Below are positions 7,983 through 16,963 of a stretch of DNA of 64,000 nucleotides, piece after piece (the first letter of the stretch is position 1; each line of letters begins with the position of its first letter). The position numbers and the translations under genes were made by a program. The notes below the pieces were generated by a model. The model saw only the letters and a program-made list of their open reading frames with translations, was not told the origin of the DNA and made no database searches. This DNA is from Candidatus Woesearchaeota archaeon (GTDB lineage Archaea > Nanobdellota > Nanobdellia > Pacearchaeales > GW2011-AR1): positions 24,056 through 88,055 of the forward strand of contig CAYIGH010000001.1 of assembly GCA_964362915.1 (NCBI GenBank), read 5' to 3'.

Positions 7983-8522
7983 ATGATGGAAAAAGATGAC
8001 TATGCAATTGTTCTAGATTACTTACCCTATGGCTACCCTATGAGCGGAAAGCCGATGCCTATAGCTCAAGCCATAGGCGAGAAAACATTGGTGCTGCTTG
8101 AGCTAATACCTAGAAGGGGGGCAGTTATAGTCCAAAAAGAAAAGGTTTATATAGGCCAAGATAAGAGAGATAAGATACATTATATAGTGGGAAGAATCCC
8201 ATTTGACAAGATCACAGAGACTGCGAAGATCCAACTGCAGGAGTTTGTAACCGGACTAGTTGCGGAGCAGGAAAAGAAATTTGTTGATTTCTTTAATAAA
8301 GCTCAGGCAATTAACACGCGCCTACATCAAATTGAACTTTTGACTGGATTTGGACAAAAGCATACTCAGGAAATAATAAAGACCAGAGAAGAAAAAGCTT
8401 TTGAGTCTTTTGAAGACATAAAGAAACGCGTGCCTAATATCCCGGATCCTAAAAAGGCCATAGAACGCAGGATTTTTGATGAACTTGCTCAAAAACAGAG
8501 ATATCACTTATTTGTAAAGTAA
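7983..8522 (+). CDS. DUF655 family RNA-binding protein
   Basis: N-terminus YAIVLDYLPYGYP is the DUF655 hallmark. Positional conservation after rpoF. Confidence 0.7.
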   Translation: MMEKDDYAIVLDYLPYGYPMSGKPMPIAQAIGEKTLVLLELIPRRGAVIVQKEKVYIGQDKRDKIHYIVGRIPFDKITETAKIQLQEFVTGLVAEQEKKFVDFFNKAQAINTRLHQIELLTGFGQKHTQEIIKTREEKAFESFEDIKKRVPNIPDPKKAIERRIFDELAQKQRYHLFVK

Positions 8523-8523
8523 A

Positions 8524-9033
8524 ATGACAGAAACAATAAAGATTCAGAAGAAAAACTCTGATATAGAAGCAGAACCGGAAATATTGGTAAGAATCTTAGG
8601 ATGCGACATTCCTGGTTCGAAAAATTTGTATCTTGGCTTGACTTATATTAAGGGAATATCGTGGGCTGTTTCTAATGCTATTTGTATCAAGTTGCATATT
8701 CCAAAATCGAAAAAAATATATGAATTATCAAAGGAAGAAATTCAACATATAGAAGAGTTTCTAAGAAAATTGCCTATTCCTGAATTTTTGAAGAACAGAA
8801 GATTTGACCAGGAAACAGGTGAAACTATACATTATTATGGTACTGATTTGGACATAAAGAAAGAGTTTGATATAAAGAGGCTAATAAAGATGAAGAGCTA
8901 TAGGGGAATAAGACATGCTACAGGACAGCCGGTAAGGGGGCAAAAAACAAGGTCACATTTTAGAAACAGAAAAAATAAAAAAACTGCTGGAATAAAAAAG
9001 AAGGAGAAAACTATAGAGGGTAAAGAAAAATGA
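8524..9033 (+). CDS. rps13: 30S ribosomal protein S13 (uS13)
   Basis: RILGCDIPGSK...YRGIRH..GQPVRGQKTRS matches S13 motifs. Confidence 0.85.
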   Translation: MTETIKIQKKNSDIEAEPEILVRILGCDIPGSKNLYLGLTYIKGISWAVSNAICIKLHIPKSKKIYELSKEEIQHIEEFLRKLPIPEFLKNRRFDQETGETIHYYGTDLDIKKEFDIKRLIKMKSYRGIRHATGQPVRGQKTRSHFRNRKNKKTAGIKKKEKTIEGKEK

Positions 9034-9542
9034 AGAGAAAAAAAAGATTATACAGTAGACCAATGAAGCTATATCAAAAGAGCAGAATAGAAGAAGAGAA
9101 TGTGCTAGTTAAAAAATATGGACTAAAGAATAAAAAAGAAATCTGGAAGACACTAGCCAGGATAAATTATTTTAGAAAGAGGGCTATGGCTCTTACCAAA
9201 GTGTCTGATGAAGAACAAAGAGTATTTTTTAGTAAATTGAAAAATATTGGACTAGACATTAAATCTATTCCAGATGTTTTAGCATTAAAAATTGAAGATC
9301 TATTAAGAAGGAGATTGCCTAGTATTGTTGTTTATAAAGGAATTGCTAATACTGTTAAGCAAGCCAGGCAAATGGTTGTTCATAAGAGGATTAGAGTTCA
9401 CGATAAGATTATCGATTCTCCTAGTTATATAGTGCCTGTTTATTTGGAAGATAAGATAACTATAAAAGAAAAAGCTCCTAAAAAATCTGAAACATTTAAA
9501 TCAGAAAATGACAGTGCTGTTCAGGCAGAGGCAGGCATCTAA
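9030..9542 (+). CDS. rps4: 30S ribosomal protein S4 (uS4)
   Basis: 170 aa. RLYSRP...KKYGLKNKKEIWK...S4 RNA-binding domain (QARQMVVHKRIRV). Confidence 0.85.
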   Translation: MKRKKRLYSRPMKLYQKSRIEEENVLVKKYGLKNKKEIWKTLARINYFRKRAMALTKVSDEEQRVFFSKLKNIGLDIKSIPDVLALKIEDLLRRRLPSIVVYKGIANTVKQARQMVVHKRIRVHDKIIDSPSYIVPVYLEDKITIKEKAPKKSETFKSENDSAVQAEAGI

Positions 9543-9991
9543 TGGAAAATATTGCAGAAGAAATAACTATGGGAGAAAGTAGAGAAAGGGAGGAAAAAGC
9601 GAGGAAAAAGGAGGAGAAAGATAGAATAGGAATCGCCTATGTTTATAGTTCTCCAAATAATACTATTGTTCATATTACTGATTTAGCTGGCAATACTTTG
9701 TCTCGTGTCAGTGGCGGAATGATAACTAAACATTCTAGATTGAAGTCGAACCCTACAATAGCAATGTTTGCTGCAAAGAAAGCTGCTGAAAGGCCGCGAG
9801 ATCTTGGGATTACAAGTTTATATATCAGAATGAGAGCCCAAACAGGGAGTTCGGGTCATGGCCCTGGAGCCCATGCTAGTATAAAAACGTTGGGAAAAGA
9901 AGGATTTAAGATTATAAGTGTTTTAGATACTACAAAAGTTCCTAGAGGAGGACCAAAAAAGAAAGGTGGCCGCAGAGGGAGGAGAGTGTAA
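9542..9991 (+). CDS. rps11: 30S ribosomal protein S11 (uS11)
   Basis: IAYVYSSPNNTIVHITDLAGNT...GSSGHGPGA...PRGGPKKKGGRRGRRV. Confidence 0.85.
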   Translation: MENIAEEITMGESREREEKARKKEEKDRIGIAYVYSSPNNTIVHITDLAGNTLSRVSGGMITKHSRLKSNPTIAMFAAKKAAERPRDLGITSLYIRMRAQTGSSGHGPGAHASIKTLGKEGFKIISVLDTTKVPRGGPKKKGGRRGRRV

Positions 9992-10022
9992 GATTTAAAA
10001 AATATCTTAACATCAAATTAAA

Positions 10023-10721
10023 ATGACTATTATTCAAAACACGCCTGAAAAGATTATAATAAGAATTGAGGCAAATGAGCCATTAGCTAACGCTATAAGA
10101 AGGAGTGTTAGTGAAATACCTGTTCTTGCAATAGACGAAGTAGAGGTCTTTAAGAATGACTCTGCCTTGTATGATGAGATTCTAGCACATAGACTTGGCC
10201 TTATTCTGTTAAAAACTGAAAAAAATATGAATGAAAAAACTAAAATAGAATTTAAATTAGTTAAGAATGGGCCCTGTGTGGTTTATGCGGAAGATTTAGA
10301 TGGGTCTGGCGAGGTTGTATACAAAAAGATGCCTCTTACTATTCTAGGAGATGATCATAAACTAGAATTGGTTGCGACTGCTATGCTTGGAAAAGGAATG
10401 GAACATGCGAAATATATTCCTGGACTTTGTTACTATAGGCATCTACTAGAAGTGAGCTCTTCTTCTCCTAAAATAGATCGAATTGTAGAACATTCTAAAG
10501 GCCTTATCAAACCTGAGAAAAGTGAGGGAAAATGGATATGTGATCTAAATGATTCTGAATTAGATGATATAGAAGCAGAAGATAAAGAAGCTATTAAAGA
10601 TTCTTCTGAAATGCTTCTTGTAATTGAATCTTTTGGCAATATGGCTGCTAAAGATATTTTATTAAAGGCAATTAATGCATTATCAGATAATTTAGATCTC
10701 TTTGAGAAGAAAATATCGTGA
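10023..10721 (+). CDS. rpoD: DNA-directed RNA polymerase subunit D (Rpo3)
   Basis: EPLANAIRRSVSEIPVLAIDEVEVFKNDSALYDEILAHRLGLI matches the Rpo3/RpoD dimerisation domain. Follows S11 as in the canonical archaeal operon. Confidence 0.8.
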   Translation: MTIIQNTPEKIIIRIEANEPLANAIRRSVSEIPVLAIDEVEVFKNDSALYDEILAHRLGLILLKTEKNMNEKTKIEFKLVKNGPCVVYAEDLDGSGEVVYKKMPLTILGDDHKLELVATAMLGKGMEHAKYIPGLCYYRHLLEVSSSSPKIDRIVEHSKGLIKPEKSEGKWICDLNDSELDDIEAEDKEAIKDSSEMLLVIESFGNMAAKDILLKAINALSDNLDLFEKKIS

Positions 10722-10870
10722 ATTCTAGTAATTGGAGTAAATTTCTGTCCAGAATTTCCGTAATAGATAATTCTCAAGAAACTATTCTAATCAAGAGAAT
10801 TATCTATAATGTAATTGTTCCTTGATTTTAGTAATCAAAAACGTTTATATATGATATTTTTTATTTCATT

Positions 10871-11353
10871 ATGATGGGGTCGCTAATTGGCCTATTAAAA
10901 AGAGGCAGTGCATATGCTTTTATTGCAGGGGCTTATGGAATAAGTATAATTAGTTTAGAAAAACTGAGCGAGGGCCCTGATGAAAATCCAACGAAACTAG
11001 AAGAAACTATTATTAATGAAAGAGATAGATATCCTTTATATTTTATTGATAGGGGCTTTATAGGAATACTCTTATCTGAAGGAAAGGGCAATAATATAGG
11101 AGATATAAACGGGGATTCTTTTTTTGATTTTTTAGAGATTATAGATAAGAAGATAGTTTATTTCCAAAATGATAAGAAAGGAAATTTTTACAGAAGAGAT
11201 ATAGCAATATTGAATGGTTTTATGAGATTGGATTATTCTTCAGAAAAAGGAAGCAGAATTGTAATAGATGACTTAAATGGTGATAAAAGAGCAGATATTA
11301 TTCTAATAGATTCATCAAGAAATGTCAGATTCTTTGAGAGAGCAAGGCAATAA
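10871..11353 (+). CDS. hypothetical protein with FG-GAP/VCBS-like Ca-binding repeats
   Basis: DINGDSFFDF and DDLNGDKRADIIL repeats. Confidence 0.4.
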   Translation: MMGSLIGLLKRGSAYAFIAGAYGISIISLEKLSEGPDENPTKLEETIINERDRYPLYFIDRGFIGILLSEGKGNNIGDINGDSFFDFLEIIDKKIVYFQNDKKGNFYRRDIAILNGFMRLDYSSEKGSRIVIDDLNGDKRADIILIDSSRNVRFFERARQ

Positions 11354-11385
11354 TCTTATAAACAGTTTAAGATTTTATGCAATGG

Positions 11386-11469
11386 GCGGGAGTGCCGGAG
11401 CGGTCAAACGGGCTGCCTTGAGGTGGCAGTGGCTCAGTGCCTGCGAAGGTTCGATTCCTTCCTCCCGCA
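11386..11469 (+). tRNA. tRNA-Leu (anticodon GAG), long variable arm
   Basis: Acceptor GCGGGAG pairs with CTCCCGC. Anticodon stem CTGCC/GGCAG, loop TTGAGGT, 15-nt variable arm, T-arm GAAGG-TTCGATT-CCTTC. Confidence 0.8.
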
Positions 11470-11507
11470 TTGGAAAAAAATAATAAATAACTTAAAACAT
11501 TTTAATT

Positions 11508-11894
11508 TTACCTGTATTGTGGCCGTATTTTTAGAGATACAGAGTATAGTATGAAAGAAAAGAATACTCCTATTGAATCTAAAAGAACATCAGAAAAAGA
11601 ACTACTTCTTCCTGGAACGAAATACTGATGAAATTCATCTAGAAGGCTATATGTAAATGATAATATGATTGCTAATGAAATTGAATCTTTATTTTTCCCC
11701 TTAACTAAAGATATTAAGAGAAAGAATGTCAAGAGAAAGAATATAATTATATGATAAATTATTGTGTTTGTTCCTGTGCCTCCTAGTTTAGGGGTTTTTT
11801 CGAATGATAGAGATGAAAAATAGAATATTATAAGTCCAATTGCTACTGTAATTGTCCAAGATATTTTATTATGCTTTTCAAACCATTTTATCAT
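11508..11894 (-). CDS. VanZ-like family membrane protein
   Basis: 128 aa, 3-4 TM helices, with LDEFHQYFVPGRSSSFSDVLLDSIG (VanZ motif). Confidence 0.6.
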   Translation of the reverse strand: MIKWFEKHNKISWTITVAIGLIIFYFSSLSFEKTPKLGGTGTNTIIYHIIIFFLLTFFLLISLVKGKNKDSISLAIILSFTYSLLDEFHQYFVPGRSSSFSDVLLDSIGVFFSFILYSVSLKIRPQYR

Positions 11895-11936
11895 ATTTTC
11901 GATAGATTTATTTAGGATATAAATTTATGCGATATA

Positions 11937-12533
11937 ATGAAGTTTAACTCTAGAGAAATAAAAGATTTATTTTTAGCAGGAATTATGATTTCATTAGCTT
12001 TTGCCATTCTTTTAGCAGGAGGATATAATTCTCTAATTTCATTTAATCCTGTTTTATTCTTAGCTTTTATTGTGGCTTTTTTTACAGCAGGAACTGGATT
12101 TTTATTGCACGAATTGATGCATAAATATCTTGCCCAAAGATATAAATTATTGGCTGAATTTCATGCTTTTTATAATATGTTATGGTTGGCCCTGCTCTTT
12201 TCTTTATTTGGCTTTATTATGGCTGCTCCTGGTGCAGTCTTTATTAGGGGCGCAATTAATAGGGGGAAAAATGGAAAAATATCTCTTGCTGGGCCTATGA
12301 CAAATATTATCTTAGGAATTATATTCTTGATTCTATTAATGGTAAATGGAAATGGAGGAATGCTGGGATTTTTTCTAGGTACTGGCTTGACAATTAACGC
12401 CTTGCTTGGGGCCTTTAATATGATTCCTTTAATGCCTTTTGATGGCGCTAAAGTCCTTGCTTGGAATAAGAGCGTTTATTGGCTTACAACTGGAGCCGCT
12501 ATTCTTTTGTTTTTATTTGCTCTTATTATATGA
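11937..12533 (+). CDS. site-2 protease family (M50) zinc metalloprotease
   Basis: HELMH (HExxH) inside a TM helix, plus the FNMIPLMPFDGAKV (LDG-type) motif. Confidence 0.7.
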   Translation: MKFNSREIKDLFLAGIMISLAFAILLAGGYNSLISFNPVLFLAFIVAFFTAGTGFLLHELMHKYLAQRYKLLAEFHAFYNMLWLALLFSLFGFIMAAPGAVFIRGAINRGKNGKISLAGPMTNIILGIIFLILLMVNGNGGMLGFFLGTGLTINALLGAFNMIPLMPFDGAKVLAWNKSVYWLTTGAAILLFLFALII

Positions 12534-12542
12534 GACTATTAC

Positions 12543-12950
12543 TTGCTTTGCACAAATGCTTATAAGGACTTTTTATTTATATCTAATATGGTTTGGAAAA
12601 GAGGAAAGAGAGGCAAATCATTATTTAATTTTTTATTTTTTTATAATAGTAGAACGGAGAATTTGGAGAATAAGACTAATGAGCGCGAACATTACGACAA
12701 TAAATTCCTTAAAGTCTTTGATAATTGTAATTACAAAATATGGGGAAAGAAACTGGAAAAACCTGTTGTTGCGGTTTTTGTCAAAGAGGCTAGAGATTAC
12801 TTGGCTATGGAAAAAGATCCGATAATTCTTTCTTTTATGATGTCTAGTTATTTTTTATATGCTGATCAATGCAAGAAAGAAGGATTAGAGCCAAAAATTG
12901 GGGAACTTAAATATCGAATAACCAGATACGATCCTCGGCTTTTTGTTTAA
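12543..12950 (+). CDS. hypothetical protein (true start probably downstream, e.g. the MVWKRGK codon)
   Basis: 135-aa ORF. It overlaps an alternative-frame ORF at 12439-12825 that is more likely spurious. Confidence 0.3.
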   Translation: MLCTNAYKDFLFISNMVWKRGKRGKSLFNFLFFYNSRTENLENKTNEREHYDNKFLKVFDNCNYKIWGKKLEKPVVAVFVKEARDYLAMEKDPIILSFMMSSYFLYADQCKKEGLEPKIGELKYRITRYDPRLFV

Positions 12951-13025
12951 AAAGCAAAACCTTAAAAACCTTTAATTTTTTAAAGAATTACTACTTCTTA
13001 ATATTGGGGGTAGTGGAGATCAGAA

Positions 13026-13526
13026 ATGATATTTATAGTAAAGGTAACAACTAATAAAGAAGACAAGGTTATAAATATGATTAGCGAGAGAGCTATTAAA
13101 AAAAATCTTTCTATTCTTTCTTTAGCCAGGCCACACGGATTAAAAGGATATATTATTTTAGAAGCAAGTGATAGAGATTCTGCAGAAGAGTGCGCATTTA
13201 ATTTGCCTTATGTAAAGGGCATTGTGAAGAAAACAGTTGAATATGAAGAAATCAAGAATATGCTAGAACCAAAGATAGAAGATTACAATATTGAAGTTGG
13301 AGATATTGTTGAGATGATTGGACAAACTTTCAAAGGAGAAAAGGCAAAAGTTATTAGAATTGACAAAACTAAAGGCGAAATAGTTGTTTCTCTTTTGGGC
13401 GCCTCTGTACCTATTCCTGTAACAGTTAAAATAGATAACGTAAAGGTCATAAGACGCGAAAAAGAAGATAGTGAAAGCAAGGAAGAAATAAAAGAGGAGG
13501 ATTTAGATTTAGAAAATGAAAGTTAA
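13026..13526 (+). CDS. spt5: transcription elongation factor Spt5 (NusG homolog)
   Basis: NGN-like N-terminus plus KOW motif GDIVEMIGQTFKGEKAKVIRID, immediately upstream of L11 as in other archaea. Confidence 0.75.
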   Translation: MIFIVKVTTNKEDKVINMISERAIKKNLSILSLARPHGLKGYIILEASDRDSAEECAFNLPYVKGIVKKTVEYEEIKNMLEPKIEDYNIEVGDIVEMIGQTFKGEKAKVIRIDKTKGEIVVSLLGASVPIPVTVKIDNVKVIRREKEDSESKEEIKEEDLDLENES

Positions 13527-14274
13527 ATTGATTGTTGATGGAGGAAAGATGCAGCCAGGACCAGCAGTAGCTCAGCAACTTGGGCCTATGGGAATAAATT
13601 TAGGAAAAGTTATTTCTGGTGTTAATGATGCTACAAAAGGATTTTCTGGGATGAAAGTTCCTGTGGAAATTGATGTTGATTCAAAAACTAAGGAGTTTAG
13701 CATAAATGTTTTCTCACCGCCTGTTGCAGAATTGATAAAGAAAGAGCTTGTATTGGAAAAAGGATCAGGCCAGCCACATACATTCAAAGTGGGGAATATT
13801 GCTTTAGAAAGAATTATTTTTATTGCAAAAACAAAAATGCCTAATTTATTGGCTAAGGATTTAAGGGCTGCTGTTAAACTTGTTGTGGGCACTTGCGTTT
13901 CTATGGGTGTAATGATTGATAATAAGGAGGCGAAAGAAGTTGAGAAAGATATCACAGGAGGAAAGTATGATAAAGAAATAAAAGATGAAATTACTGATGT
14001 TTCTAAAGATAAAAAAGAAAAATTAGAAAAATTCTTTGCTGTTAGAAAGGCCAAGCAGGAGAGAGATATTAAGGCTGCTGAAGAGGCAAAGGCTGCTGAA
14101 GAGGCTGCAGAGGCGGCAAAGAAAGCTGAAGCAGGAGCGGCGGCAGGGGCTGCGCCTGCTGGAGAAAGTGCTGTTGCTGAGACTGGAAAGAAAGCTGTTG
14201 CGCCTGCTGGAGGGAAGAAGGAAGAAGCTAAGAAAGAAGAGCCTGTGAAGAAGGCCGAAGGAAAGAAGAAGTAA
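13516..14274 (+). CDS. rpl11: 50S ribosomal protein L11 (uL11) with ~85-aa Ala/Lys/Glu-rich C-terminal extension
   Basis: KMQPGPAVAQQLGPMGINLGKV...VPVEIDVDSKTKEFSINVFSPPVAELIKKE is a canonical L11 core. The tail is KAAEEAKAAEEAAEAAKKAEAGAAAGAAPAG...KKEEAKKEEPVKKAEGKKK. Confidence 0.85.
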   Translation: MKVKLIVDGGKMQPGPAVAQQLGPMGINLGKVISGVNDATKGFSGMKVPVEIDVDSKTKEFSINVFSPPVAELIKKELVLEKGSGQPHTFKVGNIALERIIFIAKTKMPNLLAKDLRAAVKLVVGTCVSMGVMIDNKEAKEVEKDITGGKYDKEIKDEITDVSKDKKEKLEKFFAVRKAKQERDIKAAEEAKAAEEAAEAAKKAEAGAAAGAAPAGESAVAETGKKAVAPAGGKKEEAKKEEPVKKAEGKKK

Positions 14275-14355
14275 ACTACTTGAATATATATTCTCCATAA
14301 AGAATTTAGTGGTTTACGGAAAGATTAAAAAGCATAATTCTTTCAGAAATTATAT

Positions 14356-14429
14356 GGGGTCGTGGTGTAACCTGGTTAGCATTACAGGTTTGGGACCTGT
14401 CAGTCTGGGTTCAAATCCCAGCGATCCCA
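14356..14429 (+). tRNA. tRNA-Pro (anticodon UGG)
   Basis: Acceptor GGGGTCG pairs with CGATCCC. Anticodon stem ACAGG/CCTGT, loop TTTGGGA, T-arm CTGGG-TTCAAAT-CCCAG. Confidence 0.8.
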
Positions 14430-14470
14430 TTTATAGAACAATTTAAAAAGGTTGTAAAATAGGAAACTTT

Positions 14471-14695
14471 ATGGGAGCAAAAACAAAGAAAATTCAAAGT
14501 GCAGGAAAATTCGGAGCAGGATACGGAATCAGAGTTAGAAAGAATTATAATAAAATTGAAGATCTGCAAAGAAAAAGACAAATATCTCCTTTTTATGAAA
14601 AAGCAAGAGCAAAAAGAATCGCGGCTGGAATTTGGAAATGCTTGAAAACTGGGAAGATATTTGCTGGGCCTGCTTATTATTTGGAAAAGAAATAG
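14471..14695 (+). CDS. rpl37ae: 50S ribosomal protein L37Ae (eL43), variant lacking the zinc-finger cysteines
   Basis: GAKTKKIQSAGKFGAGYGIRVRK...AAGIWKC matches the L37ae N-terminus and GIW core. Only one Cys is present. Confidence 0.7.
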   Translation: MGAKTKKIQSAGKFGAGYGIRVRKNYNKIEDLQRKRQISPFYEKARAKRIAAGIWKCLKTGKIFAGPAYYLEKK

Positions 14696-14743
14696 CCTTA
14701 AGACAAAGCGAAAGTTTAAAAATCCTTTCTTCTGTATTGTGCC

Positions 14744-14881
14744 ATGGCTCAATACAAATGTTTCCAATGCGGAAAATCAATAAGCAGCAAGGCACTGGAA
14801 AAAAGATTTATCTGCCCGCATTGTGGCGCTAAAATATTTTATAAACCGAGAATGCAAAGCGTTAAGCTTAAGGCTGTTTAA
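14744..14881 (+). CDS. rpoP: DNA-directed RNA polymerase subunit P (Rpo12), 45 aa, not in the ORF track
   Basis: Translates to MAQYKCFQCGKSISSKALEKRFICPHCGAKIFYKPRMQSVKLKAV, with two CxxC pairs typical of RpoP. It sits in the conserved L37ae-RpoP adjacency. Confidence 0.7.
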   Translation: MAQYKCFQCGKSISSKALEKRFICPHCGAKIFYKPRMQSVKLKAV

Positions 14882-15223
14882 ATGGATATTTCTAATGATA
14901 ATGCAAAAACTATCGAAGAATTACATATTTTAGAGCACAATCTGCAAAATACTCTGGCTCAAAAACAAATGTTTCAAGTTGAATTACAAGAAGTAGAAAA
15001 TGCCTTATTGGAATTAAAAAAAACGAATGACGAAGTTTATAAGATTTTATCAGGAGTTATGATGAGGGCTGAAAAAGAAGATTTGATTAAGGAGCTGGAA
15101 GAAAAAAAGAGATTTTTGGAATTGAGAATAAGCTCTATAGAAAAACAAGAAAGAATATTGGGAGATAGAAGCACTAAACTAAGAGAAAAACTTAAGGTCT
15201 CTATAAATAAAGAGAGAAAATAA
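14882..15223 (+). CDS. pfdB: prefoldin beta subunit
   Basis: 113-aa coiled-coil protein with central beta-hairpin region. Position after rpoP. Confidence 0.6.
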   Translation: MDISNDNAKTIEELHILEHNLQNTLAQKQMFQVELQEVENALLELKKTNDEVYKILSGVMMRAEKEDLIKELEEKKRFLELRISSIEKQERILGDRSTKLREKLKVSINKERK

Positions 15224-15274
15224 AAATTGTTTTCTGACTACAGTAATATTTATATACTTATTAAAACACAAGTT

Positions 15275-15661
15275 CGCATGGGTTTAAATATAAGAAAACT
15301 ATTTGGTGGCTCAGATTCTGACGAAGATTATGTTGAAATTGATTTGGAGTCTGTTGAACCAAAACAAAATAAGGTTTTGGTAAAGCCTTTTGTACTAAGA
15401 AATTTTGATGATATAAATGATATTCTAAATTCCTTAAGAGATGGCTACACAATTGCAGTTATAGATATAAAACCATTGAAAACTAAAGATATTATAGAAT
15501 TAAAAAGGTCTATTGGAAAGATAAAAAAGACTATAGAGGCATTAGAAGGATCAATAGCTGGCTTTGGTGATAATATAATAATAGCTACCCCTTCTTTTGC
15601 TAAGATACATAGAGATCAGCAGGAAAATAAAAAAGAAAAAATAGATTTTATCAATGAATAA
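15275..15661 (+). CDS. sepF: cell division protein SepF homolog (DUF552)
   Basis: VLRNFDDINDILNSLRDGYTIAVIDIKPL...ALEGSIAGFGDNIIIATPS matches the SepF core. Likely start is the internal ATG (MGLNIRK). Confidence 0.65.
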   Translation, partial: RMGLNIRKLFGGSDSDEDYVEIDLESVEPKQNKVLVKPFVLRNFDDINDILNSLRDGYTIAVIDIKPLKTKDIIELKRSIGKIKKTIEALEGSIAGFGDNIIIATPSFAKIHRDQQENKKEKIDFINE

Positions 15662-15705
15662 TTCTAGTTGAAAAGGTTTATAAGTTTTTGATTGTTATAG
15701 CTTAA

Positions 15706-16344
15706 ATGAAAAGAGGACAGTTCTATCTTATTGCTGCTTTTGTAATTATTGTTATTATGACTGGGCTTGCTTATGTTTATATAAAAGTAGAAACGCCAGC
15801 TGAGAGTCTTAATATAAATGATTTGGCTGATGAAGTTCATTACGAGGCAAATAAAGTTGTAGATAATGGAGTTTTTAGCGGGCTAAATGAAGAGCAAATT
15901 TCTGATAACATAAAGAAATTAGCTGAATATTATATTGATAAATATTCTTACATTGACTTATTTATTGTATATGGTGATGAAAATAAAGTTTATATTATAG
16001 AGGTGGCTAAAGTTGTTTTATGCCATAATGGGGAAACTATCAGGGTTGATGAATCTGCACGCCAGAAACATTTGGATCACGGAGATATATTAGGGCCTTG
16101 TACAGGCAATGAAAATCCTGCTGAGTTTAAAGAAGAAAGGTGCGATCCAGAATTGATTAGATGCGAGGACGAATATCTTACCGAGAGGGCGACTAAAAAG
16201 TCTAGTGTTATACCAAGTGGAGGGATAATTATATTAAACTTAGATGATAAAAATATTGATCTTGAAATAAAAACAGGACAAGAAAATTTGTATGTTATAG
16301 CTGAAACACAAGAGGGAGAGGAGAAGAATTTTGTTATACGATAA
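15706..16344 (+). CDS. hypothetical membrane-anchored protein (N-terminal TM, Cys-containing ectodomain)
   Basis: 212 aa. N-terminus QFYLIAAFVIIVIMTGLAYVYI is hydrophobic. Confidence 0.45.
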   Translation: MKRGQFYLIAAFVIIVIMTGLAYVYIKVETPAESLNINDLADEVHYEANKVVDNGVFSGLNEEQISDNIKKLAEYYIDKYSYIDLFIVYGDENKVYIIEVAKVVLCHNGETIRVDESARQKHLDHGDILGPCTGNENPAEFKEERCDPELIRCEDEYLTERATKKSSVIPSGGIIILNLDDKNIDLEIKTGQENLYVIAETQEGEEKNFVIR

Positions 16345-16397
16345 TATTATACTCCCATTATATAAAACTTAATAAACATAGAGACTAATTTTGTTTA

Positions 16398-16853
16398 ATG
16401 GATAAATACTTCAAGATAATTTCTACTTTGTGTTATGTAAAGAGTAACAATAAGATATTAATGCTTTATAGAAACAAAAAAGATTCTCTTTCTAATAAGA
16501 GATATTATAGGGGCCTAGGAGGAAAAGTTGAGCAAGGAGAAAATCCTATAGAGGGTATTAAAAGAGAAGTAAAGGAAGAAGCAGGTATAGATATTAATCC
16601 TATATGGAGAGGAATCGTAACTTTTTCAAATCCATCTGGAATGGATTGGGAAGCCCATGTGTTTATCGCTGAAGGATATACTGGAGAAATTATTAGTTCG
16701 ACTGAAGGAGATCTTCATTGGATAAGTGAATTGGAGATTCTAAGTCTAGATATGCCAGAAGCCGATAAGAAGCTTATCCCTCTGCTTTTTCAGGAAGAGA
16801 GATTTCATGCTCATGTAAAATATGGAAGTATAGCAGAAGACAAAAATATTTGA
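16398..16853 (+). CDS. NUDIX hydrolase
   Basis: Nudix box GGKVEQGENPIEGIKREVKEEAGI. Confidence 0.8.
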   Translation: MDKYFKIISTLCYVKSNNKILMLYRNKKDSLSNKRYYRGLGGKVEQGENPIEGIKREVKEEAGIDINPIWRGIVTFSNPSGMDWEAHVFIAEGYTGEIISSTEGDLHWISELEILSLDMPEADKKLIPLLFQEERFHAHVKYGSIAEDKNI

Positions 16854-16963
16854 GCAGTTTTTTAGTCTTCCGCTAATAGTCAAAGACAAATTCTGCTCAA
16901 TTTTCAAAGTCTTTGACTATAATAAGAATTTAGTTAGTTTAAAAGTTGATGTGATTTGATAAA

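Noticed and set aside
12439-12825. 128-aa ORF overlapping both the M50 protease gene end and ORF 12543-12950
   Set aside because: It overlaps two better candidates in other frames and has a Leu/Ile/Phe-rich composition typical of AT-rich noise.
13572-14298. Antisense and sense ORFs within rpl11 (13572-14054 -, 14023-14298 -, 14036-14248 +)
   Set aside because: They are embedded in the L11 gene. The ones in the tail arise from repetitive GCT/GAA codons.
14411-14832. ORFs 14411-14767 (-), 14535-14795 (-) and 14632-14832 (+)
   Set aside because: They overlap tRNA-Pro, rpl37ae and rpoP, which are better supported by homology.
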